This document shows positions 39,838-48,601 of a stretch of 64,000 bases of DNA, one piece after another; the first letter of the stretch is position 1, and every line of letters begins with the position of its first letter. This stretch comes from an uncultured Methanosarcinales archaeon (GTDB lineage Archaea; Nanobdellota; Nanobdellia; Woesearchaeales; ARS49). The translations under genes and the position numbers were made by a program. The notes beneath the pieces are model-generated. The model did not search any database, was not told the origin of the DNA, and was given only the letters and a program-made list of their open reading frames with translations. The stretch lies in the NCBI GenBank assembly GCA_964617195.1, contig CAZTVK010000015.1, forward strand, positions 2,317 through 66,316, in the 5' to 3' direction.

Positions 39838-40218
39838 ATGGTCATAGTACACAGAGCAAGAACGAACAGAAAGCCAACAGGCGGCATGTACAACATAGCC
39901 CGAGATAAACGAAAATACGAAATGGGAAGGTTGCCAACCATGACAAAAATCGGCACACAAAAAATCAAGGCTGTAACGACAAAAGCAAACACGAAAAAAA
40001 TGAAAGTCCTCGTAGCACAATTCGCAAACGTTCTTGATCCAAAAACAAAAAAGTTCGTAAAAGCGACCATCAAAACAGTTGATGAATGCCCGGCAAACAG
40101 GCACTTCGTCAGACGAAACATAGTAGTCAAGGGCGCAGTAATAATGACAGACGCAGGAAAAGCAAAAGTAACATCTCGTCCTGGACAAGATGGAACTGTC
40201 AACGCAGTGCTTATTTAG
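39838..40218 (+). CDS. rps8e: 30S ribosomal protein S8e (eS8)
   Basis: RKPTGG...RKYE...AKVTSRPGQDGTVNAVL matches archaeal S8e. Confidence 0.9.
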   Translation: MVIVHRARTNRKPTGGMYNIARDKRKYEMGRLPTMTKIGTQKIKAVTTKANTKKMKVLVAQFANVLDPKTKKFVKATIKTVDECPANRHFVRRNIVVKGAVIMTDAGKAKVTSRPGQDGTVNAVLI

Positions 40219-40266
40219 TTCTGATTTTTGTTAAAATTTATATACTGAAACATATAGATTCTAGAT

Positions 40267-41304
40267 ATGGGGGCAACAATTAACGAATGCGTAGACCGCA
40301 TAATCTCGCACAAAGGACCAGTTCTGCCAGGGCGCGTGACCCTGACCGTTTTGGAATATGTTCTAGTTAATCTTGAAGTAAAAATCTGTGACGATGCTGA
40401 GCTTGCCTACTTGAAAAAATTAAGACCTTACGATTTCAAAGGCACAGACAACCTATGGAACATCGACAACGGCAAGAATTACCCACTTGCACGAGAACTT
40501 TCCCACCATGTTGCCCAGAAACTAATGGAAAAAAACCATTGGAACGTCATGCAACTTGTGCAGAACGTAACTCAAAAACAATTCAATGAAACACCAATCA
40601 ACCAATGGGGCACAACTGCCAGCGGCATGGCTGAAAAAGTCTATGGCAGCCATTCAGAAGCAATCATCGACCTCACACAGAACGACAATAGATATGCAGA
40701 ATGGAATGATGCCAAATGGTACGACTTCAAGAAAGTTCACCTAACTGACGAAAGATCACGAGAGCTTACCCACATCCTTTTGCAGAAAATAATGAAAGAC
40801 AACAACTGGGACTTCGTGCAATTAGTAAAGAACATGCGCGACCCTCCTGAGAACTGCGGCTACACTGGATGGAAGCATGCGTTCCAGAAACCAATAGACC
40901 GATACGGCGCGTCGCTTGTTGGCGTAATCGACCGGCATCGTGATTGTCCGGCTGAAGTGGTTTTAGATCTTGTAATGAATGATAAACGTTACAGGGAATT
41001 CCGCGATTTGAGCAAACCCGACTTCCCAGACCAGCGCAATATCTGGAACCTGAAGAACGGGAAGAAAAACTACGAACTCGCCCGCAAAACAACAGAAATG
41101 CTGATGAAAAAGCTCGACGTGCAGGATTACGCATTGAAAGAGATTCTAGAATGTGTAACCGACAGAGTTTTTCGCAACACCGAAATAAACCGTTACGGAA
41201 CAAAGCTAGAAGGCATGGTTAAGAGGACGTATGGGTGCAGAGTTCGCAGAGCAATCGAGGATTGGTACAATGCAGACAGGACCGCATCCATGAACTTAAG
41301 TTAG
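40267..41304 (+). CDS. Hypothetical protein composed of three ~95-aa internal repeats
   Basis: Repeats share WN..NGKNY.LAR......KLM.K..W...QLV.N.....F..T.IN..GT...GM..K.YG. No recognisable family. Confidence 0.5.
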   Translation: MGATINECVDRIISHKGPVLPGRVTLTVLEYVLVNLEVKICDDAELAYLKKLRPYDFKGTDNLWNIDNGKNYPLARELSHHVAQKLMEKNHWNVMQLVQNVTQKQFNETPINQWGTTASGMAEKVYGSHSEAIIDLTQNDNRYAEWNDAKWYDFKKVHLTDERSRELTHILLQKIMKDNNWDFVQLVKNMRDPPENCGYTGWKHAFQKPIDRYGASLVGVIDRHRDCPAEVVLDLVMNDKRYREFRDLSKPDFPDQRNIWNLKNGKKNYELARKTTEMLMKKLDVQDYALKEILECVTDRVFRNTEINRYGTKLEGMVKRTYGCRVRRAIEDWYNADRTASMNLS

Positions 41305-41466
41305 AAGAATTGTTTTCCTCTGTTAATTCTTTTTTAGACGAAATTTCAAAAATGTTTCACTGAAAAGTAGGTCAAACATAGTGAAAAAATATTTCTGAGA
41401 ATATATGTTAAAGAGTGATAATGTTTATATATGAATTCAATATGTAGTAACTTGCTCCGACGATGA

Positions 41467-41482
41467 CCACAAGAGCTTGTGG
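41467..41482. promoter_or_regulatory. Inverted repeat CCACAAG-ag-CTTGTGG upstream of nrdR (candidate NrdR box)
   Basis: 16-bp 7-2-7 palindrome with CAC...GTG ends, ~50 bp upstream of the nrdR start. Confidence 0.35.
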
Positions 41483-41529
41483 TTTTTACAACTTGCGAGT
41501 GAAATTGAACTAAAAAATCAGGTGATTGT

Positions 41530-42006
41530 GTGAAGTGCCCGTTTTGCCAAAATACTGACAACAAAGTCCTTGACAGCAGATTAACAACTGATTCTGACAG
41601 CATTCGAAGAAGAAGAGAATGCGAACAATGCTCAAAAAGATTCACAACATACGAGCGAGTAGAAATGTTTGATATTTCTGTAGTAAAACGCGACGGAAGA
41701 AGAGAGCCGTTCTCAAGAGAAAAAGTCCTGAAAGGAATCATAAGAGCCTGCGAAAAACGACCAGTCAAAAGAGAACAAATGGACGCAGTAATCGGAATCG
41801 TAGAAGCAGCACTAAGACAATCAGACAAAGACGAAATCAAAAGCAACAAAATAGGAGAACTAGTCATGCAAGAACTAGCCAAGCTCGATGATGTCGCGTA
41901 CGTACGCTTTGCAAGCGTGTACAAAAAGTTCAAAGACGCAAACCAATTCGTTGACGCGATCAAAACACTCAAGAAACAGGAACGATTAATGGAGGCAGAA
42001 CCATGA
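41530..42006 (+). CDS. nrdR: Transcriptional repressor NrdR (Zn ribbon + ATP-cone)
   Basis: MKCPFCQ...CEQC zinc ribbon followed by an ATP-cone. Stop overlaps the RNR start (ATGA). Confidence 0.88.
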   Translation: MKCPFCQNTDNKVLDSRLTTDSDSIRRRRECEQCSKRFTTYERVEMFDISVVKRDGRREPFSREKVLKGIIRACEKRPVKREQMDAVIGIVEAALRQSDKDEIKSNKIGELVMQELAKLDDVAYVRFASVYKKFKDANQFVDAIKTLKKQERLMEAEP

Positions 42007-44561
42007 CGACAATAAAAACCACGCCAGAACTCAAACAAGAATGGGACAAAGCACCATTCGGCGACATACCACTAACTGAAAACCAAAGAAAAGTCATCAA
42101 AGACAAATACTTACGAGACGACCCAAGCGTTGAAACCTGGCTCTGGGGCATCGCCAAAAACATCGCGCTCTCAGAACTCCTCTACCACCCAGAAATACCA
42201 AGAGACCAAGCATTCGCAGGAACAAGATACAGCCAAGAATGGGTAGACGTAGGAAATGGAGAGACTAGCGAACTATTACTTCTACACATAGGAGCCAAAA
42301 ACTACGGCGACCAAGAACAAAACCACAGAAAATTCATACAAAACCTGTACAAACTACTCGACAACAGCCCAAGAGCAAGAGAAATCTGCCTCAAAACCGC
42401 AGCACAATACTACGACATACTGGCAAACTTTGATTTTCTGCCAAACTCGCCAACGCTAATGAATGCTGGAAGAGAATTACAACAATTATCAGCATGCTAC
42501 GTCCTCCCAATAGACGACAGCATAGAAGCATGGGGAGACTTAGTCAAGCAAACAATGCTCATCCACAAATCAGGAGGAGGAACGGGCTTCTCAGGCTGCA
42601 GAGTCAGACCAAAAGGAGACAGAGTCAAAAGCACAAAAGGAGTAGCATCAGGAGCACTATCCCCATTCAGCATAATTAATTACGCAACGCAAGAAGTCAA
42701 ACAAGGAGGAACGAGAAGAGGAGCAAACATGGGCATCCTGCCATACTGGCACCCAGACGTCTTCGACTTCATCAAACACAAAGCAGAAGACGGCAAACTC
42801 GAAAATTTTAACGTCTCTGTCGCAGTAGACAAAAAGTTCATGGAAGCAGTCAAAAAAGGAGAAGACTACGACTTATTGAATCCAAGAACAAAAGAACCAG
42901 TCGGCAAAGCAAACGCCAAAGAAGTCTTCAACATGATATGCGACTTTGCATGGAAAACAGGAGACCCAGGAATGATCTGGCTGGACAGAATCAACAACAG
43001 CCACTCAAACCCAACACCAAAACTAGGAGAAGTCGAAAGCACCAACCCTTGCGGCGAACAACCATTGCTCCCATACGAGCCATGCAACCTTGGAAGCATC
43101 AACCTGAGCAAGTTCGCAGTAATGGGCAAAATAGATTACGCAAGACTAGGAGAAGTAACCAAGCTAGCCACACGATTCCTAGACAACGTCATTGACGTGA
43201 ACAACTACCCGATTCCAGAAATAGAAAAAATCGCGAAAGGAAACAGAAGAATCGGCCTAGGCGTCATGGGCTGGGCAGAAATGCTCGCGCTATTAAACAT
43301 TCCATACGACAGCAACGAAGCGCTCGCAAAAGCAGAAGAACTAATGAGCTTCATCAACGCAAAAGCGCTGGAAGCAAGCGAAGAACTCGCAATAGAACGC
43401 GGAGTCTTCCCAAACTTCAAAGACAGCATCTTCGACTCAAGCGGGCCATTCTACAGAGACTGGGCAAAAGGAAGACCAAGAAACTGCGCAAGAACAACAA
43501 TCGCGCCAACAGGAACAATAGCGATCTGCGCAGGACTGCAAGGAGGAGGAATCGAACCATTCTTCGGCATAGCCTATACAAGATACAACGCAAAAGCGCT
43601 AGACGCGCTTAAAGCAGGCGCGGAGCCAAACGAAGGAGACGTCTTCCACGAAGTCAACCCGATATTCATGACCGTAGCCAAGAACAACAACTACTTCGGA
43701 CTGGAACCAGAAGAACTGTGGAAAAAAATAGAAGCAAACCACAACTCGGCCAGAGGCGTGAAAGAAATACCAGAGAGCATACAAAGATCATTCGGCTCAG
43801 CGCACGACGTGCAAGTAGAATACCACGTCCAACAACAAGCAGCATTCCAAAAATACACGGACAACGGAGTGTCAAAAACTATTAATTTGCCAAACAGCGC
43901 AACAGTCGAAGACATCAAGAAAACATACATGATGGCACACGAACTCGGCTGCAAAGGAATCACTGTCTACCGCGACGGGTGCAAGAGCCAGCAAGTCCTC
44001 AACATCAGCAAAAAAGAAGTCAAGGAAGTTGCAAAAGAAATGCCGAAAATGGATCCTTCCGAAGGCATCAACTCTGTATACTACCAGTTCGAAACAGGGT
44101 ACGGACCAGTGCACGTGCACATCGACCACCACAACGGCCAGATTTTGAAAGTATTCACGAACATTGCGCCGATAGGAACAGAAATCGCAGGATTGACATC
44201 AGTGATGGGAATACTGATCAGCAAGTATTTGTCGCTAGGCGGAGAAATAAACACGCTCAGAAAGCACCTGAACAGCATCAAAAGCGACAAGCCATACGGA
44301 TTCGGACCAAAAAGAGTAGAAAGCATCCCACACGCCGTGTCAACCGCTTTGAGCAAATTCCTAGCACAAATGGGAAACCTGCCAGGACAACAATTACTGA
44401 CACCAATGGTAGCAACTGCTGAAATCAAAACACAGGCAAAACCAGACCTGCAAGAACACAAGCCAGGACACTGCCCAAAATGCTACAGCCCAAACATTGC
44501 TTACTTAAGCGGCTGTGCTGGACCAACCTGCTACGAGTGCGGATTCAGCGAGTGCAGCTAA
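42003..44561 (+). CDS. nrdJ: Adenosylcobalamin-dependent (class II) ribonucleotide reductase
   Basis: 852 aa. TNPCGEQPL active-site motif, SACYV, C-terminal Cys cluster CPKC...CYEC. Confidence 0.88.
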   Translation: MTTIKTTPELKQEWDKAPFGDIPLTENQRKVIKDKYLRDDPSVETWLWGIAKNIALSELLYHPEIPRDQAFAGTRYSQEWVDVGNGETSELLLLHIGAKNYGDQEQNHRKFIQNLYKLLDNSPRAREICLKTAAQYYDILANFDFLPNSPTLMNAGRELQQLSACYVLPIDDSIEAWGDLVKQTMLIHKSGGGTGFSGCRVRPKGDRVKSTKGVASGALSPFSIINYATQEVKQGGTRRGANMGILPYWHPDVFDFIKHKAEDGKLENFNVSVAVDKKFMEAVKKGEDYDLLNPRTKEPVGKANAKEVFNMICDFAWKTGDPGMIWLDRINNSHSNPTPKLGEVESTNPCGEQPLLPYEPCNLGSINLSKFAVMGKIDYARLGEVTKLATRFLDNVIDVNNYPIPEIEKIAKGNRRIGLGVMGWAEMLALLNIPYDSNEALAKAEELMSFINAKALEASEELAIERGVFPNFKDSIFDSSGPFYRDWAKGRPRNCARTTIAPTGTIAICAGLQGGGIEPFFGIAYTRYNAKALDALKAGAEPNEGDVFHEVNPIFMTVAKNNNYFGLEPEELWKKIEANHNSARGVKEIPESIQRSFGSAHDVQVEYHVQQQAAFQKYTDNGVSKTINLPNSATVEDIKKTYMMAHELGCKGITVYRDGCKSQQVLNISKKEVKEVAKEMPKMDPSEGINSVYYQFETGYGPVHVHIDHHNGQILKVFTNIAPIGTEIAGLTSVMGILISKYLSLGGEINTLRKHLNSIKSDKPYGFGPKRVESIPHAVSTALSKFLAQMGNLPGQQLLTPMVATAEIKTQAKPDLQEHKPGHCPKCYSPNIAYLSGCAGPTCYECGFSECS

Positions 44562-44577
44562 TTTTTTCTTTTATTAA

Positions 44578-44637
44578 TTAGAAATCTTCGTCATCGCCGC
44601 CAACATCGTCAGCGTCATCATCACCAATATCATCCAT
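44578..44637 (-). CDS. Putative 19-aa acidic micro-ORF (MDDIGDDDADDVGGDDEDF) with a perfect SD
   Basis: GGAGGTG 7 nt upstream of ATG on the minus strand. Shares a palindromic TATA region (atttaaat, ~44680) with the divergent adenosyltransferase gene. Confidence 0.25.
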   Translation of the reverse strand: MDDIGDDDADDVGGDDEDF

Positions 44638-44708
44638 ATGCAGACACCTCCATTTTTTTATCCCTAAAACCCACATAGTATTTAAATTTAGCCAACACAC
44701 TCACACCC

Positions 44709-45230
44709 ATGTCAATCGTAACAAAAGGAGGAGACAAAGGACAGACTTCTTTACTTGGCGGGCAAAGAGTTCCGAAAAATGACGCACGAATAGAAGCATA
44801 CGGAGACGTAGATGAATTGAACGCGGCAATCGGCATCGCACTGACTTACGCCAAAGACAAGAACGTGAAAAAAATCTTACACCAAGTTCTAAACGACTTG
44901 TTCAGAATCGGAGCAGAACTGGCAGCACTCGGAACTAAATTCACTAATTTTCCGAAAATAACTGAAACGCACACAATCGCAATAGAAAAAGAAGTCTACC
45001 GCGTTGAGAACAAATTACCAAAACAAAAAACGTTCATCCTGCCAGCAGGAAACGAAAGCTCAACACATTTGCACTTGGCACGCGCAATCTGCAGAAGAGC
45101 AGAAAGAAAAGTCGTCGCACTGACCGGAGTAAACCAGGAGCTTATCAGATATCTCAACAGGCTAAGCGATTTACTCTTTATTTACGCAAGACTAGAGAAT
45201 AAAAAAGACGAACCGGTGAAGTATGATTGA
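44709..45230 (+). CDS. PduO-type ATP:cob(I)alamin adenosyltransferase
   Basis: N-terminal TKGGDKGQTS motif and overall PduO/MMAB-like sequence. Leaderless (TATA ~25 bp upstream). Confidence 0.85.
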   Translation: MSIVTKGGDKGQTSLLGGQRVPKNDARIEAYGDVDELNAAIGIALTYAKDKNVKKILHQVLNDLFRIGAELAALGTKFTNFPKITETHTIAIEKEVYRVENKLPKQKTFILPAGNESSTHLHLARAICRRAERKVVALTGVNQELIRYLNRLSDLLFIYARLENKKDEPVKYD

Positions 45231-45378
45231 ACAAACATTTCTAGACAGAGAATTCGCAAGAAAACTTGTAACTACAGAATATGACCCGTGCAACATCTGC
45301 GGAATGCCAATGCTCGCCAATAAGTGCAAGATCACTTGCTTGAACTGCGGGTTCAAAAGAGATTGTAGTGACTCGTAG
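45223..45378 (+). CDS. Small C4 zinc-ribbon protein translationally coupled to the adenosyltransferase
   Basis: 51 aa, not in the ORF track. CNIC...CLNC. ATG overlaps the upstream stop by 8 nt. Confidence 0.5.
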   Translation: MIEQTFLDREFARKLVTTEYDPCNICGMPMLANKCKITCLNCGFKRDCSDS

Positions 45379-45454
45379 CTAAATCTTTAAATAGGTCATT
45401 GTAATTGTATTCTCGGGGGGAATGTCAAGAACCATCAAAAAACAATAATGAATA

Positions 45455-46174
45455 GTGATGGTTCTTGAGCATGCTCGGAAACTCCGCCTAAAAGATGTTT
45501 CCGAGCGGAGTTTCCGACACATGGAACAAACAGCTAAAGAGGTAGTGCTCACGTATGAAACATTGTACGAGCTTCTGCGAAGAGAAAAATCACGCGAAGA
45601 GCTGCAAAAGCTAGACGAAAGATTCTTCAAAGACACGCTGAATTATTTACGCGAAAAACAGCAATCATACGATGACAATCTCACAAAAAACGACATCTTC
45701 TCGCAAAGCGAAAGAGACAAACTGCACATACAACTCGCAAACATCAAGAAAATACTGAAAGACTTGTACGACATAAGAGAACGCAAGATAATCAACATGG
45801 CGATCAACAAGAGCAGAACAAACTCACACATAGTAGACACGCAAAATCTTCTTCAACAAGAACAATCAATGTTTGAAAGCCTGCACTCAGTGCTATCACA
45901 GTACAGAACAGGAATACTGCACAGACTCATCGAATTAAGAGAGCCAGACATAATGCCAATCGTTTTACCATTGCCGAACGAACAGCCGCAAGAAGAGATA
46001 CCGGCACCATTGCCGCACGGAATGAGGAAAATCAAGTGTTTAGAAGCAGTCGACCAATTCTTCGGAGAAGAATTAGAACAATACGGACCTTTCAAACAAG
46101 ACGAAGAAGTCACGATTCCAGGCCAGCTGGCAGATATTTTGATTTCTCAAGGGAAAGCAGCCGAGACACAGTAA
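45455..46174 (+). CDS. Hypothetical coiled-coil protein
   Basis: 239-aa ORF. Charged, helical. No family recognised. Confidence 0.45.
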   Translation: MMVLEHARKLRLKDVSERSFRHMEQTAKEVVLTYETLYELLRREKSREELQKLDERFFKDTLNYLREKQQSYDDNLTKNDIFSQSERDKLHIQLANIKKILKDLYDIRERKIINMAINKSRTNSHIVDTQNLLQQEQSMFESLHSVLSQYRTGILHRLIELREPDIMPIVLPLPNEQPQEEIPAPLPHGMRKIKCLEAVDQFFGEELEQYGPFKQDEEVTIPGQLADILISQGKAAETQ

Positions 46175-46218
46175 CCGCGCCAAAGCAAAGCCTTGGAATG
46201 CACGAGCATTCCAAAACC

Positions 46219-46232
46219 TTTTTAAACCCCCC
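46219..46232 (+). promoter_or_regulatory. TATA (tttttaaa) plus C-run, ~25 bp upstream of the rpl44e start
   Basis: tttttaaacccccc, then ATG at 46249. Confidence 0.4.
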
Positions 46233-46248
46233 ATATACCCAACGACGT

Positions 46249-46566
46249 ATGAAGCTTCCGAAAACAAGAAAGACGTACTGCCCGAAGTGCAAAAAGCACA
46301 CAGAACACAAAGTAATAGAGGGCAAGAAAAAAGGCAGAAACGCCACGCACCCAATGAGTTTCGGAAGCCAGAAAAGAATCAGACACCGAGGCCATCTAGG
46401 CATAGGAAACCACGGAAAATATTCACGACCTCCAATCACAAAATGGAGAATGACAGGAAGAAAAACCAGCAAAAAAGTTGATTTACGCTTCGAATGCCCA
46501 GTCTGCAAGAAAATGCACGGCATGAGCGCAGGCGGATTCAGGACAAGAAAGGTGGAGTTCAAATGA
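46249..46566 (+). CDS. rpl44e: 50S ribosomal protein L44e (eL42)
   Basis: MKLPKTRKTYCPKCKKHTEHKV...ECPVCKK zinc ribbon. Start reassigned to the internal Met of the 176-aa ORF. Confidence 0.88.
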   Translation: MKLPKTRKTYCPKCKKHTEHKVIEGKKKGRNATHPMSFGSQKRIRHRGHLGIGNHGKYSRPPITKWRMTGRKTSKKVDLRFECPVCKKMHGMSAGGFRTRKVEFK

Positions 46567-46751
46567 GAAATCGCATGAAAGAATCAGAAAGCAAATTCAT
46601 CAAAGTAAGATGCCCAAAGTGCAAAAACGAGCAAATACTCTACGGAAAAGCAAGCACTTTGATTCTCTGCCTAGTCTGCGGAAAAGAACTGGCAGAACCA
46701 GTCGGCGGCAAAAGCAGAGTAAAGGCACGAATATTAGAAGTTCTAGAATAA
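46563..46751 (+). CDS. rps27e: 30S ribosomal protein S27e (eS27)
   Basis: FIKVRCPKCKNEQILYGKASTLILCLVCGKELAEPVGGK C4 zinc finger. The start may instead be the upstream Met at 46494. Confidence 0.85.
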   Translation: MRNRMKESESKFIKVRCPKCKNEQILYGKASTLILCLVCGKELAEPVGGKSRVKARILEVLE

Positions 46752-46802
46752 TTGCGAAATATTTATAAGCCACAAATTTCTGTTTAATAGACGGGGGATT
46801 GA

Positions 46803-47924
46803 ATGGCAAAAATACAAGTAGGAATTCTAGGCGCAACAGGAGCAGCAGGACTCGAATTTGTCAAAACGCTCGCAGACCATCCAGTGTTTGAAATCACAGA
46901 ACTCTACGCATCTGAAAGAAGCGCGGGAAAAACACTCGAAGAAGCATGCGCGCTGGACATCAGCAGCCTGCCGGAACAAATACGATCAAAAACCATCAGA
47001 AGAACGCATTCTGTTGAAGCAGGACTAGGACTTCTCTGCTCAGCACTGCCATCCGAAATTGCCAAAGAAGTAGAAGCAAAATGCGCAGCCCACACCCCCG
47101 TAATCAGCACAACATCAGCATACAGATACGAAGACGACGTCCCAGTCATCATCACAGAAGTAAACGCGGACCATTACAAACTCCTGCGAGAACAAAAATA
47201 CCGGGGCTGGAAAGGATGGATAGCGCCAGGACCAAACTGCACAACAGTAGGACTGGTCATGTCGCTCGCACCACTTGAGGATGCATTTGGGATAGAACGA
47301 GTCATCATGTCATCATACCAATCAGTCTCCGGCGGAGGAGTGGGCCTTATCGAACGATGGAGAACAGAAAGAAAACCAGGACTGCCAGAACCAGAACACC
47401 TAGAAGAGCCAGTAAAAGATCCAAGTCTAACACTTGACGGAAACGTCATCGGATACATTGACAAGGAAGAAGGAAAAGTAAGAAGAGAAACTCTCAAAAT
47501 ATTAGGAGCATACGACAGCGGAATAATTCCTGCTGGCTTTTTAATAGACTGCACCTGTGTAAGAGTTCCAGTACTCAGAGGACATTTCGAGACAGTCTTT
47601 GTTGAACTATCGAAGAATCCATCCATTGAGCAAGTCAAAGAAGTCTATGCTGAATTCAACAAGCAATGCGCACAAGAATATGGAGACTTGCACTCAAGTC
47701 CGAAAGAAACCATAGTTATACTTGACAGAGCACCACAGCCACGCTTTGACGCGTTCGTTAACGGAGGAATGTCCGCAGTAATCGGAAGAATAGAACACAC
47801 AGAAGCATTCGGCGGATTCAACACTGGCATCAAATACCAAGTCTTGTCAAACAACACAGAACGCGGCGCGGCAAAAGGAATAGTGCACGTAGCAGAATAT
47901 TTGCACAAACAAGGAATACTCTAA
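46803..47924 (+). CDS. asd: Aspartate-semialdehyde dehydrogenase
   Basis: GATGAAG NAD(P) motif, catalytic GPNCTTVG and SYQSVSGGG. Confidence 0.85.
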   Translation: MAKIQVGILGATGAAGLEFVKTLADHPVFEITELYASERSAGKTLEEACALDISSLPEQIRSKTIRRTHSVEAGLGLLCSALPSEIAKEVEAKCAAHTPVISTTSAYRYEDDVPVIITEVNADHYKLLREQKYRGWKGWIAPGPNCTTVGLVMSLAPLEDAFGIERVIMSSYQSVSGGGVGLIERWRTERKPGLPEPEHLEEPVKDPSLTLDGNVIGYIDKEEGKVRRETLKILGAYDSGIIPAGFLIDCTCVRVPVLRGHFETVFVELSKNPSIEQVKEVYAEFNKQCAQEYGDLHSSPKETIVILDRAPQPRFDAFVNGGMSAVIGRIEHTEAFGGFNTGIKYQVLSNNTERGAAKGIVHVAEYLHKQGIL

Positions 47925-48247
47925 AATTCTTCTTCATCGCCAAAGAAATTCTTAGGACTGTCAGGCCTGCTGACAACAAAAGAATCAGCCTTCTTGCGCA
48001 TCTCATTCGCAACATACCCAACAGCCAAAGCAGCAAGACCGAAATACACTGCCCCCTTTGGAAAGTCAACAGGCTCTTGAGGCTCACGATGCTCAGGAGG
48101 CAACACGCAAGGCTCTCCTGGTTTTCGGACATACCTGACCTTAGAATCAATAGACTCGTTCATAGATCCCGCGCCCACACCTGCCAAAAGAGCAAGAGAC
48201 AAAGCAGTATACTGCGTCGTGTTCTTCAAAACTGAATATAAACCCAT
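47921..48247 (-). CDS. Small membrane protein
   Basis: 108 aa with two hydrophobic helices. Confidence 0.4.
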   Translation of the reverse strand: MGLYSVLKNTTQYTALSLALLAGVGAGSMNESIDSKVRYVRKPGEPCVLPPEHREPQEPVDFPKGAVYFGLAALAVGYVANEMRKKADSFVVSRPDSPKNFFGDEEEF

Positions 48248-48331
48248 TCAACAAGCCCTAATACCTGACTTTTTATAGTTATTGCTACTGGAACATAAAC
48301 ATTTTTAAACAATAGTCGTTCATTCCCGAAT

Positions 48332-48601
48332 ATGGGGGACTCAGTATCCGTCGTCCTGCCCAAGGGCGCGAAACTCACAAGTAGACTGGAAGTCATACTC
48401 ACGCCAGAAGAATTCGGCCTCAAAACAGCAAGCAAGAAACACATGCCAGAAGTCAACCAAATGCTCAAAAAACTCGAATTACGAATTTACAGCAACAACC
48501 AAACATATGTAGGAACAGGAAAATATTCAAACGCGTATACGCTCGACGGAAAAATACACGCAGTCTACCAACTAAACGGAGCAAACCACAATGCTACTTA
48601 A
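48332..48601 (+). CDS. Hypothetical small protein upstream of aIF2-alpha
   Basis: 89-aa ORF ending 11 nt into the aIF2-alpha gene. Confidence 0.4.
   Translation: MGDSVSVVLPKGAKLTSRLEVILTPEEFGLKTASKKHMPEVNQMLKKLELRIYSNNQTYVGTGKYSNAYTLDGKIHAVYQLNGANHNAT

Noticed and set aside
39750-40202. N-terminal ~150 aa of the 572-aa minus-strand ORF (38484-40202)
   Set aside because: This part overlaps the clearly genuine rps8e gene on the plus strand (39838-40218). The real protein starts at the internal Met (MRPWIIALLLVLP...), which is a good signal peptide.
44630-44836. 68-aa minus-strand ORF
   Set aside because: Overlaps the start of the PduO adenosyltransferase gene and has no signal or motif. The much shorter SD-led micro-ORF at 44578-44637 is the more credible minus-strand element here.
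46036-46248. First 71 codons of the 176-aa ORF 46036-46566
   Set aside because: Arg/Ser-rich and unconserved. The L44e homology begins at the internal Met (46249), which is preceded by a TATA + C-run promoter. The upstream part reads through the promoter region.
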